Sequence record: DRR378314_445 | Direction: 5' to 3' (one strand) | DNA length: 64,000 nucleotides | In this document: positions 1 to 8,965 of the stretch, piece by piece | How the letters are laid out: every line of letters starts with the position of its first letter | Numbering within the stretch: position 1 is the first letter of the stretch | The notes under the pieces: model-generated | What the model saw: only the letters and a program-made list of their open reading frames with translations | Database searches by the model: none | Told to the model about the DNA's origin: nothing | Made by a program: the position numbers and the translations under genes

Positions 1-4
1 CCCA

Positions 5-28
5 CCTGATGCAAGAGCATCAGGCTAC
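5..28. repeat. Perfect 8-bp inverted repeat; GTAG-type REP-like element or terminator stem
   Basis: CCTGATGC-AAGA-GCATCAGG followed by CTAC; the minus strand reads GTAG directly before the palindrome. Only one copy was seen in the window. Confidence 0.4.
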
Positions 29-120
29 TATAACGTTTGCTTATACCTAATTGCTTTACAGACTGAACCAAACTGCCAATTTACTGCTATATTCACTGTA
101 ATAATTATAGGGAGAGCAGT

Positions 121-2520
121 ATGAAACGTTTCAATGCTATTACGCTTGCTTTGGCGAGCTCATTTTTCATTACGCCAGTTGCGTCAGCGCAACAAGATTC
201 TGCGCAAGACGTAGAAGAAGTGATTCAGGTTGTAGGTTCCCGATTATCGATGAGAACGGCAACAGACGGCGCTGCACCAGTGGACATCATTAGTGGAGAG
301 GACTTAGCCGCGACAGGTATTACTGAAACCGCTAAAGCTCTTCAGTACGCGGTACCTAGCTTTAATTTTCCATCATCATCGGTTACAGACGGCACAGATG
401 CAGTTCGTCCGGCTTCTTTAAGAGGCCTGTCTCCGGATCACACATTAGTACTCATTAACGGTAAAAGACGTCACAAGTCAGCCTTAGTTCATTTAAGCGG
501 AACAACAGGAAGAGGCAGTTCAAACGTGGATTTGAATGCTATTCCTATGGCGGCAATAAAACGTATTGAAGTCTTGCGGGACGGCGCCGCGGCTTTATAC
601 GGTTCAGATGCTATCGCTGGTGTTATCAATATCGTTTTGAAAGACAATGCCAGTGGCGGCAATGCCAGTATACAAGGTGGCCAAACCTATAAAGGTGATG
701 GCGAGCAATGGAAACTTTCTGCCAGCTCCGGGTTTGCTATTGGAAACGACGGTGCACTAACTCTGTCTGGCGAGTTGCATCATAAAAACAGAACCAATCG
801 TGCTGGCCCCGATCCGCGCCAACAGTATCCAGAACTACCAAATGGCGATCCCGATCCAAGAGAAGAGACCTTTGACAGACAGAGTTTTCATGTTGGTGAC
901 GCAGAATACGAAAATGCTTCGTTGTTTGCGAACATGGACATCGCTATAGGTGAAGGCAATTTTTATGCGTTCGGTGGGATCAGTGATCGCACTTCTGAAT
1001 CAGGTGCGTTTTATCGTCGGGCTCTTCAAAGTAATACATTAACTGAATTGTATCCGGACGGCTTTTTACCTATTTTAGCCCCTGACGTTAATGATCACTC
1101 AATTTATGCTGGCTACGAATGGTTAGTCGGCGAATGGACGTTAGATTTTAGCGGTGGCTATGGCTTCAGTAAGTTTCAGTATAACGTTGAGAACTCATTA
1201 AATGCGTCTTTAGGCCCGGAACTTACACCAACTTCATTTGATGCAGGTACGCTGGAAAACAGTGAATCCAATGTTACCTTAGACGCCCAACGCTTTATCC
1301 CATTTGCGAATAACTCAGAAATTTCCCTGGCTATGGGTATTAGTTACCGCGAAAACTCTTATGAAGTTATTGCCGGTGAAGAAGCTTCTTACATTAATGG
1401 TGGCTACGAAGATAGACCCGGTGGCAGTCAGGGCTTCACTGGATTTTCTCCTGATTCGGAAGTAGATGAGTCGCGCGATAATGTGGGTGTTTATGTTGAA
1501 GCAGAAAACCAGCTCACAACCGACTTTATGTGGGGCGCTGCGGTTCGATATGAAGATTACTCAGACTTTGGCAATAACACCAGTTGGAAGCTTTCCGGTC
1601 GTTATGATTTAACCGACAGAGTTGCGGTACGTGGTGCCATTAATACAGGTTTCAGAGCACCTAGCGTACAACAATTGTACTTTAGCAATATCTCTACCCT
1701 GTTTGTTGATCGCGGCAACGGGCTGGAGCCTGAACAGTCAGGAACCTTTAATAATATTAGCCCGGTAACTCAGGCTCTGGGTATTGGTGCTCTTCAACCG
1801 GAAGAATCTGAAAGCGTTAGCCTGGGTATGGTCTGGAATGGTTATGATGGTCTGGCAATCACCATTGACGCATTTCAAATCGAAATTGAGGATCGGATAA
1901 TTTTATCCGGCGATGTTGCCCCTGGTGATTCTCCAGCTGTGGAAGAAGCGCTTGCCGGTACAGCGGCGGAAAACGCGCGGTTTTTTCTTAATGCTGTTGA
2001 TACGACAACCAAAGGGCTAGATATTGTAGCCAGTAAAACCTTCGGTATCGGTGACTACGGCGACCTTAAAGCGCAGTTAGCTTATGGTTATAATACTACG
2101 GACATTGACTCTATTAACCTGCCGCAATTATTAGATGGGCTGGACGATGTTCTGTTTGATAGTGATGAGCAAATACGTATGACGCGCTCCACACCTGATC
2201 ATTCAGGGTCAATTGGTTTAACCCATACTAAGGGCAAATGGACCAGTAATGTCCAGTTCAGTTATTTTGGTAACTATGCCATTGGTTACAGCAGTGGAAC
2301 CGAGACATACGGTCCTAACTGGATAACAGACGTCACCGTTAATTATCAGTGGAACGATGCTCTGGCTGTGAGAGTGGGAGCGCAGAACCTGTTCAACGAG
2401 TATCCTGACGAGCGCTCAGAAGGAAATCAGTTTAATGGTATTTTTAAGTACCCATTAACTAACTCGCCTATCGGCTTCAATGGTGGCTATTTCTACTCGG
2501 AAGTTGAATATAAATTTTAA
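121..2520 (+). CDS. TonB-dependent outer-membrane receptor
   Basis: Signal peptide; TonB-box-like EVIQVVG; plug motifs SLRGL...TLVLINGKR and RIEVLRDGAAALYGSDAIAGVINI; terminal aromatic pattern ending EVEYKF; SD GGGAG upstream. Confidence 0.95.
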   Translation: MKRFNAITLALASSFFITPVASAQQDSAQDVEEVIQVVGSRLSMRTATDGAAPVDIISGEDLAATGITETAKALQYAVPSFNFPSSSVTDGTDAVRPASLRGLSPDHTLVLINGKRRHKSALVHLSGTTGRGSSNVDLNAIPMAAIKRIEVLRDGAAALYGSDAIAGVINIVLKDNASGGNASIQGGQTYKGDGEQWKLSASSGFAIGNDGALTLSGELHHKNRTNRAGPDPRQQYPELPNGDPDPREETFDRQSFHVGDAEYENASLFANMDIAIGEGNFYAFGGISDRTSESGAFYRRALQSNTLTELYPDGFLPILAPDVNDHSIYAGYEWLVGEWTLDFSGGYGFSKFQYNVENSLNASLGPELTPTSFDAGTLENSESNVTLDAQRFIPFANNSEISLAMGISYRENSYEVIAGEEASYINGGYEDRPGGSQGFTGFSPDSEVDESRDNVGVYVEAENQLTTDFMWGAAVRYEDYSDFGNNTSWKLSGRYDLTDRVAVRGAINTGFRAPSVQQLYFSNISTLFVDRGNGLEPEQSGTFNNISPVTQALGIGALQPEESESVSLGMVWNGYDGLAITIDAFQIEIEDRIILSGDVAPGDSPAVEEALAGTAAENARFFLNAVDTTTKGLDIVASKTFGIGDYGDLKAQLAYGYNTTDIDSINLPQLLDGLDDVLFDSDEQIRMTRSTPDHSGSIGLTHTKGKWTSNVQFSYFGNYAIGYSSGTETYGPNWITDVTVNYQWNDALAVRVGAQNLFNEYPDERSEGNQFNGIFKYPLTNSPIGFNGGYFYSEVEYKF

Positions 2521-2544
2521 TTGTCTCCGAGAGCTAATATTAGT

Positions 2545-2573
2545 AAAAACCGCCATTTATTGGCGGTTTTTTT
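2545..2573 (+). terminator. Rho-independent terminator after the TonB receptor gene
   Basis: AAAAACCGCCA-TTTAT-TGGCGG-TTTTTTT, about 25 nt after the stop codon. Confidence 0.8.
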
Positions 2574-2627
2574 ATTTCAGGTTAAGGTTTTAAATTTTAA
2601 CTAACTGAAATATATAAGATAAATAGT

Positions 2628-2643
2628 TGGCATGGTAGTTGTA
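2628..2643 (+). promoter_or_regulatory. Sigma54 (-24/-12) promoter, psp type
   Basis: TGGCATG-GTAG-TTGTA has correct -24/-12 spacing, with GT replacing GC at -12 as I recall for E. coli psp promoters. An AT-rich tract lies upstream. Confidence 0.65.
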
Positions 2644-2691
2644 ATCAAAAGACTAAGTATAGTTAAATTGCTCACTATTGGAGTTATTGTC

Positions 2692-3009
2692 ATGTCGAAT
2701 CGCAGCTTTGGTTGGTTATTAGTTTTATCTGTTATTGGCCTGTTCTTTTTCGCTGAAGAGATATTTTCAGTTTTCGGAATGGCTCTTGGCTCGGTGATTG
2801 AGTTGTCGGTTACTTTATTGATCAGCTTATTCTTTGTTGGCTTAGTATTTTTTGTGGTGGTTACGGTATTCGGTAGCGTGCTCTTAGGCGCTGGTGCAGC
2901 ATTTATTGCGCTAATACTCAGTGGAATAGGTTTCTTTTGGCCGCTGATTCTTTGTGTTCTGGTTCTTTACTTTATATTTCGCAAACCAAAGGTTTCTAGA
3001 ACGGGTTAA
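2692..3009 (+). CDS. Small hydrophobic inner-membrane protein, PspG-like
   Basis: 105 aa, almost entirely hydrophobic, ending WPLILCVLVLYFIFRKPK. The ATG at 2692 has SD GGAG, whereas the track start at 2632 lies inside the sigma54 motif. Confidence 0.6.
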   Translation: MSNRSFGWLLVLSVIGLFFFAEEIFSVFGMALGSVIELSVTLLISLFFVGLVFFVVVTVFGSVLLGAGAAFIALILSGIGFFWPLILCVLVLYFIFRKPKVSRTG

Positions 3010-3055
3010 TCACGTGTAATATAAAGCCTGAGTTAAATCCAATAAGGCTTAGGCT

Positions 3056-3469
3056 ATGTTTAAAACAATAATTGCTGTATTGAGTTTGTTACCGGTTATA
3101 GTCGCCGCCGAGACATTAAAAATTGACGATGCCTGGGCTCGTGCGACTATCCCTGGAACCGAAAATGGCGCCGCTTATGCCACACTTAAAAATCTGAAGG
3201 ATGCCCCTGTCGAAATTACCCGTATCAGCTCAGACGTCACTAAAGTAGCCGAAATACATCGACACACAATGTCGGGCGACGTGATGAAAATGGAAGAAGT
3301 TAAATCACTCTCTATTGCTCCGGGTGAAACAATTAAGTTTCAGCCAGGAGGGTATCACTTTATGTTGTTTGGCTTGAAATCTCCGCTTGAAGCCAAAGAA
3401 AGCTTTTCTCTGACCTTACATTTTCAGTCAGGCTCCAAACAAACCGTTGAATTTCTAGTTAAAAAATAA
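3056..3469 (+). CDS. Periplasmic copper chaperone, PCu(A)C family
   Basis: Signal peptide; DAWARAT, GAAY, EIHRH...MKM and PGGYHFML match the family metal-binding pattern. Confidence 0.92.
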   Translation: MFKTIIAVLSLLPVIVAAETLKIDDAWARATIPGTENGAAYATLKNLKDAPVEITRISSDVTKVAEIHRHTMSGDVMKMEEVKSLSIAPGETIKFQPGGYHFMLFGLKSPLEAKESFSLTLHFQSGSKQTVEFLVKK

Positions 3470-3496
3470 AGAACTCGACATCTAATAGGAAAAGTT

Positions 3497-4186
3497 ATGT
3501 ATAAAAAGACATTAGCGTTAGCCGTTGTATTAGCGGTTGCTCCTGCCAGTGCGCTGGCTGATACAGTTTTTGGTGTTTATGCCGGTGGACAATTCTGGGA
3601 TGCCGACAGTGAAGGCGAGTATGCTTTTGCTTCTAACGTAATAGAACCTAATTTCGAGAATGAAAGTCAAAGCAGTTACTACATCGCATTAGAGCACCCG
3701 GTTCCATTTATCCCAAATATTAAAGTACGGGAAAATAGTTTGGAAGTTACCAGCGATTACGGAAAAAATGACTTTAGTCATAGAGATTACATTTTTTACT
3801 ACGAAATTTTCGATAATGACTTAGTTTCATTTGATGTTGGCGTCAATGCTATGGATTTCGACGGCAGTTTGTGGGTGCTAGGCAGCGATACTATTGGCCG
3901 CCAGGACTTTTCCGTTGTTGTGCCTACAGCCTATGTAGCAGCGCGAGTTGGAATACCAGCTACCGACTGGACCTTCTTTGCTGATGCCAGTGCGCTTAGC
4001 GCGAAAGACAGTAAAGTTCAGGATGCGCAAATTGGCATCGAATATCGTTTAGTTGATAACTTAGCTGTCGATGTAAGCCTTAATGCAGGTTACCGCCATT
4101 CGGTGATAGAGCTTGATGATGTCGATGATATTTATTCAGATGTGACCTTTAAAGGCCCGTTTGTTGGAGTCGAAGTTCACTTCTAA
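3497..4186 (+). CDS. Outer-membrane beta-barrel protein (TIGR04219-like)
   Basis: Signal peptide ending ASALA; motifs ALEHPVPFIPN and YYEIFDN; terminal GPFVGVEVHF. Confidence 0.85.
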   Translation: MYKKTLALAVVLAVAPASALADTVFGVYAGGQFWDADSEGEYAFASNVIEPNFENESQSSYYIALEHPVPFIPNIKVRENSLEVTSDYGKNDFSHRDYIFYYEIFDNDLVSFDVGVNAMDFDGSLWVLGSDTIGRQDFSVVVPTAYVAARVGIPATDWTFFADASALSAKDSKVQDAQIGIEYRLVDNLAVDVSLNAGYRHSVIELDDVDDIYSDVTFKGPFVGVEVHF

Positions 4187-4282
4187 TCGATTAATTAGAC
4201 CATTCAAAGCTTGCAGGTCGTTCAGCATATAAGCTAAATTGTTATATGTTTGTAACTTCTTATAAATGGATGGCCTCAACGC

Positions 4283-6496
4283 ATGGTCAGTAGTCAAGAT
4301 GAACCACTGTTTCTTCACGACGACGATGAAGTAACTCCGGCAGAGTACAGTAAAGGTTTCTGGAAAATTCTGATTGTCGATGATGATCAGGAAATTCATG
4401 CGGTCACTAAAATGGCGCTTGCTGATGTTATTATTAGTGGCCGCCAACTGGAGTTCTTCCATGCTTATAGTGGCAGTGAAGCGCTTGATCGCCTGACTGA
4501 ACATGACGACATCGCCATGGTATTGCTTGACGTTGTGATGGAAACCGATGACGCCGGTTTAAAAGTGGCTCAGGCTATTAGAGAGCAGTTAGGCAATGAT
4601 GAGATCCGGATTGTGCTGCGAACAGGGCAACCGGGTTATGCTCCTGAAGAAAGCGTTGTAAAAAACTATGATATTAACGACTACAAAACAAAAACAGAAC
4701 TCACAAGAAGCCGTCTTTTAACCACTGTATTTTCTGCTGTCCGCTCGTATCAGCAACTTTGCACCATTAATGAAAATCGTCGCGGTTTGCGTAAAATCAT
4801 TCACTCGGCTTCCAACTTAATGGAAAAACACTCCATTGTTAACTTTTCTGAAGGGGTGGTTACGCAAATTGCTTCCTTGCTTGGCTTAAACGCCGAAGGG
4901 ATTGTCGGTGCCAGAGCGCCTCATAAAGATAATGATATTCTGGTACTCGGAGCTGCCGGACATTTCGCGAATAGTATTAATAAAAGCCTATCCACTCTTA
5001 ACTCTGACGAAATAGAGAAAAATGTCAGAAAATGCCTGAATGAACAACGTCATATTCATACCGACACCGCTACGGTCTTCTTTATTGATGGCCAGGCGCA
5101 TCAGGCGGCGGCCTACATAGAAACAAAAAACGCTGTCGCTGAGTATGACCAGGAGTTGCTGGAAGTCTTTTTAGCCAATATTGCGGTCGGCTTCGAGAAT
5201 GCGAATTTATTCGAAGAACTGCGGACTGCAGCGTATCTTGATCCTTTAACTGGCATCCCGAATCGGGCAGAGTTTACACGGTGTCTTCAAGTTCTGTCTG
5301 AAAAACCGGACAAAGACAAAATGATCGCTGTCATCGACATAGACCACTTCTCTGATGTTAACGATGGATTGGGTCAGGATGTCGGAAATTTATTGTTGCG
5401 TGCTGTGGCGCTTCGTCTGACAGACCAACTTGGCGATAAAGTCTTTGTTTCGCGGATTTCTGCCGACGTATTCGGCGTTTACGGTCCTGCGAATATTGTC
5501 ACGCCTAATGCTTTCAGTGAGCTTTTTGCCTTACCTTTTAGAGCCGGGGAACATTACATACCATTGCGGGTAACTTGTGGCTTTGCCTCAGCCACAAACC
5601 CTGAGAGTGTTAATGGCAAAGGATTGCTGAAGCAAGTTTATATCGCTCTAAAAAATGCTAAAAATAACTCTTTTGACCGTTATAACTATTATGAGCCGTC
5701 GATGGAACAAGACACTCAACGACGGCTTCATCTGGTTCGTAGGTTGCGCGCTGATTTTGCCAATAGAAAACTGCAGGTTTGGTATCAGCCTCAAGTTGAG
5801 CTGAAAACAAAAAAAGTTGTAGGTGTAGAAGCACTTCTGCGCTGGCCTCAAAGCGACGGTTCTTTTATTTCTCCTGCAGAGTTCATCCCTTTGGCTGAAT
5901 ACTCCGGGCTGATTGTAGAAATAGGCTCCTGGGTTATTGAAGAAGCCTGTCGTCAAATTAATGCCTTTGATGAAATTGGTCTTCCCCAGCTTCGGGTGGC
6001 GGTAAATGTTTCAGTACCACAATTTCGAAAGCGTGACTTTCCTGAGCTGGTAGAAAAGCAAATAGAACAATGGGGAATCGATCCGACGCGAATTGAGCTG
6101 GAAATTACAGAAAGTATTGTGATGGAAGACCCTGATCTGGTTGCTGACATTTTAAGGCGTTTGAAGCAGCAAGGAATTCAGGTGGCAATTGATGATTTTG
6201 GTGTCGGCTTTTCATCACTCAGTTACTTACAAAAGCTGCCCTTAGATCGAATTAAAATAGACAAAACCTTCGTGAATAATTCAGATGAGAAGAGCGGCAA
6301 GATCATCATAGAGACTATTGTCGACATGGCTCGTCGTTTAGGTTTAAAAGTGCTGGCTGAAGGTATCGAGGAGCAGTCGCAACTGGACTACTTTTTAGGG
6401 TTGGACTGCACCGAGGGGCAAGGTTTTTTCTTTGCTAAACCAATGCCCGCTGACCAGTTAATTTGCTTGTTACAAAAGCAAATGAGTTATTCTTAG
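4283..6496 (+). CDS. Response regulator with REC, DUF3369-like, degenerate GGDEF and EAL domains (likely c-di-GMP phosphodiesterase)
   Basis: ILIVDDD and LLDVVM (REC); DPLTGIPNR and DIDHF with SADVF in place of GGDEF; EALLRW, ELEITES, DDFGVGFSSL and LAEGIE. Confidence 0.92.
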   Translation: MVSSQDEPLFLHDDDEVTPAEYSKGFWKILIVDDDQEIHAVTKMALADVIISGRQLEFFHAYSGSEALDRLTEHDDIAMVLLDVVMETDDAGLKVAQAIREQLGNDEIRIVLRTGQPGYAPEESVVKNYDINDYKTKTELTRSRLLTTVFSAVRSYQQLCTINENRRGLRKIIHSASNLMEKHSIVNFSEGVVTQIASLLGLNAEGIVGARAPHKDNDILVLGAAGHFANSINKSLSTLNSDEIEKNVRKCLNEQRHIHTDTATVFFIDGQAHQAAAYIETKNAVAEYDQELLEVFLANIAVGFENANLFEELRTAAYLDPLTGIPNRAEFTRCLQVLSEKPDKDKMIAVIDIDHFSDVNDGLGQDVGNLLLRAVALRLTDQLGDKVFVSRISADVFGVYGPANIVTPNAFSELFALPFRAGEHYIPLRVTCGFASATNPESVNGKGLLKQVYIALKNAKNNSFDRYNYYEPSMEQDTQRRLHLVRRLRADFANRKLQVWYQPQVELKTKKVVGVEALLRWPQSDGSFISPAEFIPLAEYSGLIVEIGSWVIEEACRQINAFDEIGLPQLRVAVNVSVPQFRKRDFPELVEKQIEQWGIDPTRIELEITESIVMEDPDLVADILRRLKQQGIQVAIDDFGVGFSSLSYLQKLPLDRIKIDKTFVNNSDEKSGKIIIETIVDMARRLGLKVLAEGIEEQSQLDYFLGLDCTEGQGFFFAKPMPADQLICLLQKQMSYS

Positions 6497-6966
6497 TTAT
6501 AGACTTCTACGCTATCGGCTTTCATCTGATAGCCTACAACCGCAAGGTCACCTTCTTTGCGTTCTACCTTAATGGTGCCTTCTATCCAAACAGCATCATA
6601 AGTGTTTTCGTAGGGAACACCTTCCGGGTATTCAACGTGAATAATTTGGTTTGGCGGTGGTGGCGGAACGTGGATGCACGCACCAAAATAAGGAACCAGT
6701 AAAAATTCAGTGACGTTATCAGCGTTCCCTTCCAGTTGCACAACGTAGCCAGGAATCCGCACTTTTTTGCCGTCCAGAGATTCAACTACAGGCGCGTCAA
6801 GGCTAACCTGCTTGTCTTCGTCCGGATTGGCATCATAATATGACTGAGGCTTGACGGGAGGCGGAGTAAATCCTTCAGGGATGAGATCCTTCCAGCCAAT
6901 TTTTTCAGCAGCCGCGAATGCGGGAAGGGTTAGCATTAAGAGTGCAACCGCAAATAACTTCTTCAT
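6493..6966 (-). CDS. DUF3299-family periplasmic protein (ZrgD-like)
   Basis: Signal peptide from MKKLFAV at 6966, overlapping the permease stop; signature FLLVPYFGACIHVPPPPPNQII. Confidence 0.88.
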   Translation of the reverse strand: MKKLFAVALLMLTLPAFAAAEKIGWKDLIPEGFTPPPVKPQSYYDANPDEDKQVSLDAPVVESLDGKKVRIPGYVVQLEGNADNVTEFLLVPYFGACIHVPPPPPNQIIHVEYPEGVPYENTYDAVWIEGTIKVERKEGDLAVVGYQMKADSVEVYN

Positions 6967-8246
6967 ATTTTCACCGTAAGTCCGTCTGCAAGAGATTGGC
7001 GATACGCACGCCATGCGGGAATTAAACTTAACATAAAGCCTACACCAATCACGAGTACTATGCGCCACCACTCACTAATGCTGGGCCATGAGCTGGTGAA
7101 GATTAACCCTGTCTGCGACTGGATAACGCCGGCCAACGACCATTGCAGGCCATATAGCAAGAGTAAGCCAGAGAAAGCACCGACCACGGTAAGTAGCAGG
7201 GCTTCACTGAGTAATAAGCCGAATATTGTTCCCGGACCTGCGCCCACGGCTCTTAAGACCGCCATTTCGCGACGGCGTTCCCTTAAACTGGCAAGCATAA
7301 TTGTCAGCATACCCAGCAGACCAATCAGCACCACCATAGCCGAGATGGCGGTTAACGCCTGCTCGAACACTCTTAAGGTTTTCCATAGCTCCTGCAGCGT
7401 CATTCCCGGTAGCAGAGCGGTTAAAGGCTCTTTGTCATAGGTGTTGATTTGACGTTGTAGGCGCAAAGCCAGAGGCTTGGCCTTTAAGCCAAGTAATGCG
7501 GCACTGATGCTTTCAGCCGGGGCTTCGCCATGATGCTCGTGCTCGTCGGCATGAGCATCGTTATGTTCGTGTTCATGGTTGTGGTTATGGTTATGTTCTT
7601 CGTCGTGCCCGGCCCCACCGCTGTGAATCATCTCGAGGCTGTGCAAGGTTACCAGCACCGCTTGATCAACCGGGGTTCCTGTCCGCTGCAGAACACCAGT
7701 AACCGTCAATGGGTGCTCATCGTGTTCGCTAAAGCTAATGCCGCCACTGCCGTGGGCAATAATGATATCGTCACCAATGGCTTTTGACAGCTTCTCTGCC
7801 GCATCAGCTCCTAATACAACGTCTTCATTTGAGGCAAAAGGCTGGCCTTGTGAAAACTCTAAAGGTTGCTTATCAGCATATTTAAAATGCTCGAAATACG
7901 CATTGGTTGTCGCTACAACTGGCAATCCCTGGACACTGTCACCCAGCGAAATTGGCACGGCCCAACTGACTTCAGGACGGCTACTAATATTGGCAAAGCT
8001 TTCCCAGCTCATATTGTTGGTCATGCTGCCAATATGAAATACCGAAGACAGCAACAACTGTGTCTGTCCGGTTCTGGCGCCAATAATTAAGTCAGTACCA
8101 GAAACTGTATTGGCAAAATGACTTTGTACCTGGTCACGGACACGCTCCACTGCCAGTAATAAGGTGACGCTGACAGCAATCGCTATAACAGTTAAAAGCA
8201 CACTCGCGCGTCGGTTCAATAGGCTTTTTATAGCAAGGCGGATCAT
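6963..8246 (-). CDS. ABC transporter permease, FtsX/MacB-like, with His-rich loop
   Basis: N-terminal TM segment, large periplasmic domain, ERRREMAVLRAVGA motif, C-terminal TMs and a His-rich tract. Confidence 0.9.
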   Translation of the reverse strand: MIRLAIKSLLNRRASVLLTVIAIAVSVTLLLAVERVRDQVQSHFANTVSGTDLIIGARTGQTQLLLSSVFHIGSMTNNMSWESFANISSRPEVSWAVPISLGDSVQGLPVVATTNAYFEHFKYADKQPLEFSQGQPFASNEDVVLGADAAEKLSKAIGDDIIIAHGSGGISFSEHDEHPLTVTGVLQRTGTPVDQAVLVTLHSLEMIHSGGAGHDEEHNHNHNHEHEHNDAHADEHEHHGEAPAESISAALLGLKAKPLALRLQRQINTYDKEPLTALLPGMTLQELWKTLRVFEQALTAISAMVVLIGLLGMLTIMLASLRERRREMAVLRAVGAGPGTIFGLLLSEALLLTVVGAFSGLLLLYGLQWSLAGVIQSQTGLIFTSSWPSISEWWRIVLVIGVGFMLSLIPAWRAYRQSLADGLTVKI

Positions 8247-8959
8247 GATTTAGCCCCCGCCCGATTAAGTTCGTTAAGCTCGACGTGTTTATCAAAATAA
8301 GAAGACAAAGCGGCGTCATGAGTCACAAAAATAACCGTGGTGTTATTTTGGCTACTCAGCTCGAGTAATAATTGAATAAAGGTATCCCGGTGCTCAGCAT
8401 CCAGCGCCGAGGTTGGTTCATCCGCTATCAGCAGTTTAGGTGCTCCCAGTAAGGCTCTGGCAGCTGCTACTCGTTGTTGCTGACCAACGCTGAGGGTATG
8501 AGCCTGTTGCTGAATTTGTTCTGAGGATAAACCTAAGCGTTTGAGCATTTCCAGCGCAGTCGCTTCTGCCGATGTTCCCTGCTCTGCCAAACGTTGTCGG
8601 CGTTTTTTCGAGAACTGACAGGCGAGTAAAGTGTTGTCTAAGGCGGATAAATAGGGCAGCAAATTAAATTGCTGAAATATATAGCCAATATTGTCAGCAC
8701 GATAATGGTCTCGTTGTCTGCCGGACAGACTGGAGAATGCAGTATCAAACAGGTCTAACCGGCCTTGTTCCGGTGTATTAATGCCGGCCAACAGCGATAG
8801 TAATGTTGATTTACCACTACCGCTGGGGCCGCGCAGCAGCACCGTTTCACCCTGTTTTACCTGCCAGGCAGGAATATCTAGGGTTGGTTTTTGTCCCGCC
8901 CAGGAAAAACTCAGTTTTTCTAGATTGACGGCATTCACTACGTCGGTGCTGCTTACCAT
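8243..8959 (-). CDS. ABC transporter ATP-binding protein, LolD/MacB-like
   Basis: Walker A GPSGSGKST, IGYIFQQFNLL, signature LSVGQQQR, Walker B ADEPTSALD and VTHD. Confidence 0.95.
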   Translation of the reverse strand: MVSSTDVVNAVNLEKLSFSWAGQKPTLDIPAWQVKQGETVLLRGPSGSGKSTLLSLLAGINTPEQGRLDLFDTAFSSLSGRQRDHYRADNIGYIFQQFNLLPYLSALDNTLLACQFSKKRRQRLAEQGTSAEATALEMLKRLGLSSEQIQQQAHTLSVGQQQRVAAARALLGAPKLLIADEPTSALDAEHRDTFIQLLLELSSQNNTTVIFVTHDAALSSYFDKHVELNELNRAGAKS

Positions 8960-8965
8960 TTTGTA

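Noticed and set aside
88..110. Possible Fur box before the TonB receptor
   Set aside because: Only an AT-rich partial resemblance to GATAATGATAATCATTATC.
2632..2691. Longer N-terminus of the small membrane protein proposed by the track
   Set aside because: That ATG lies inside the sigma54 motif and has no SD, whereas the ATG at 2692 has one.
4204..4233. Possible sigma28 promoter before the REC-GGDEF-EAL gene
   Set aside because: The -10 match is poor (GCATATAA) and the spacing is off.
7530..7787. Met/Val-rich plus-strand ORF that looks like a membrane peptide
   Set aside because: It is the reverse complement of the His-rich codons of the permease.
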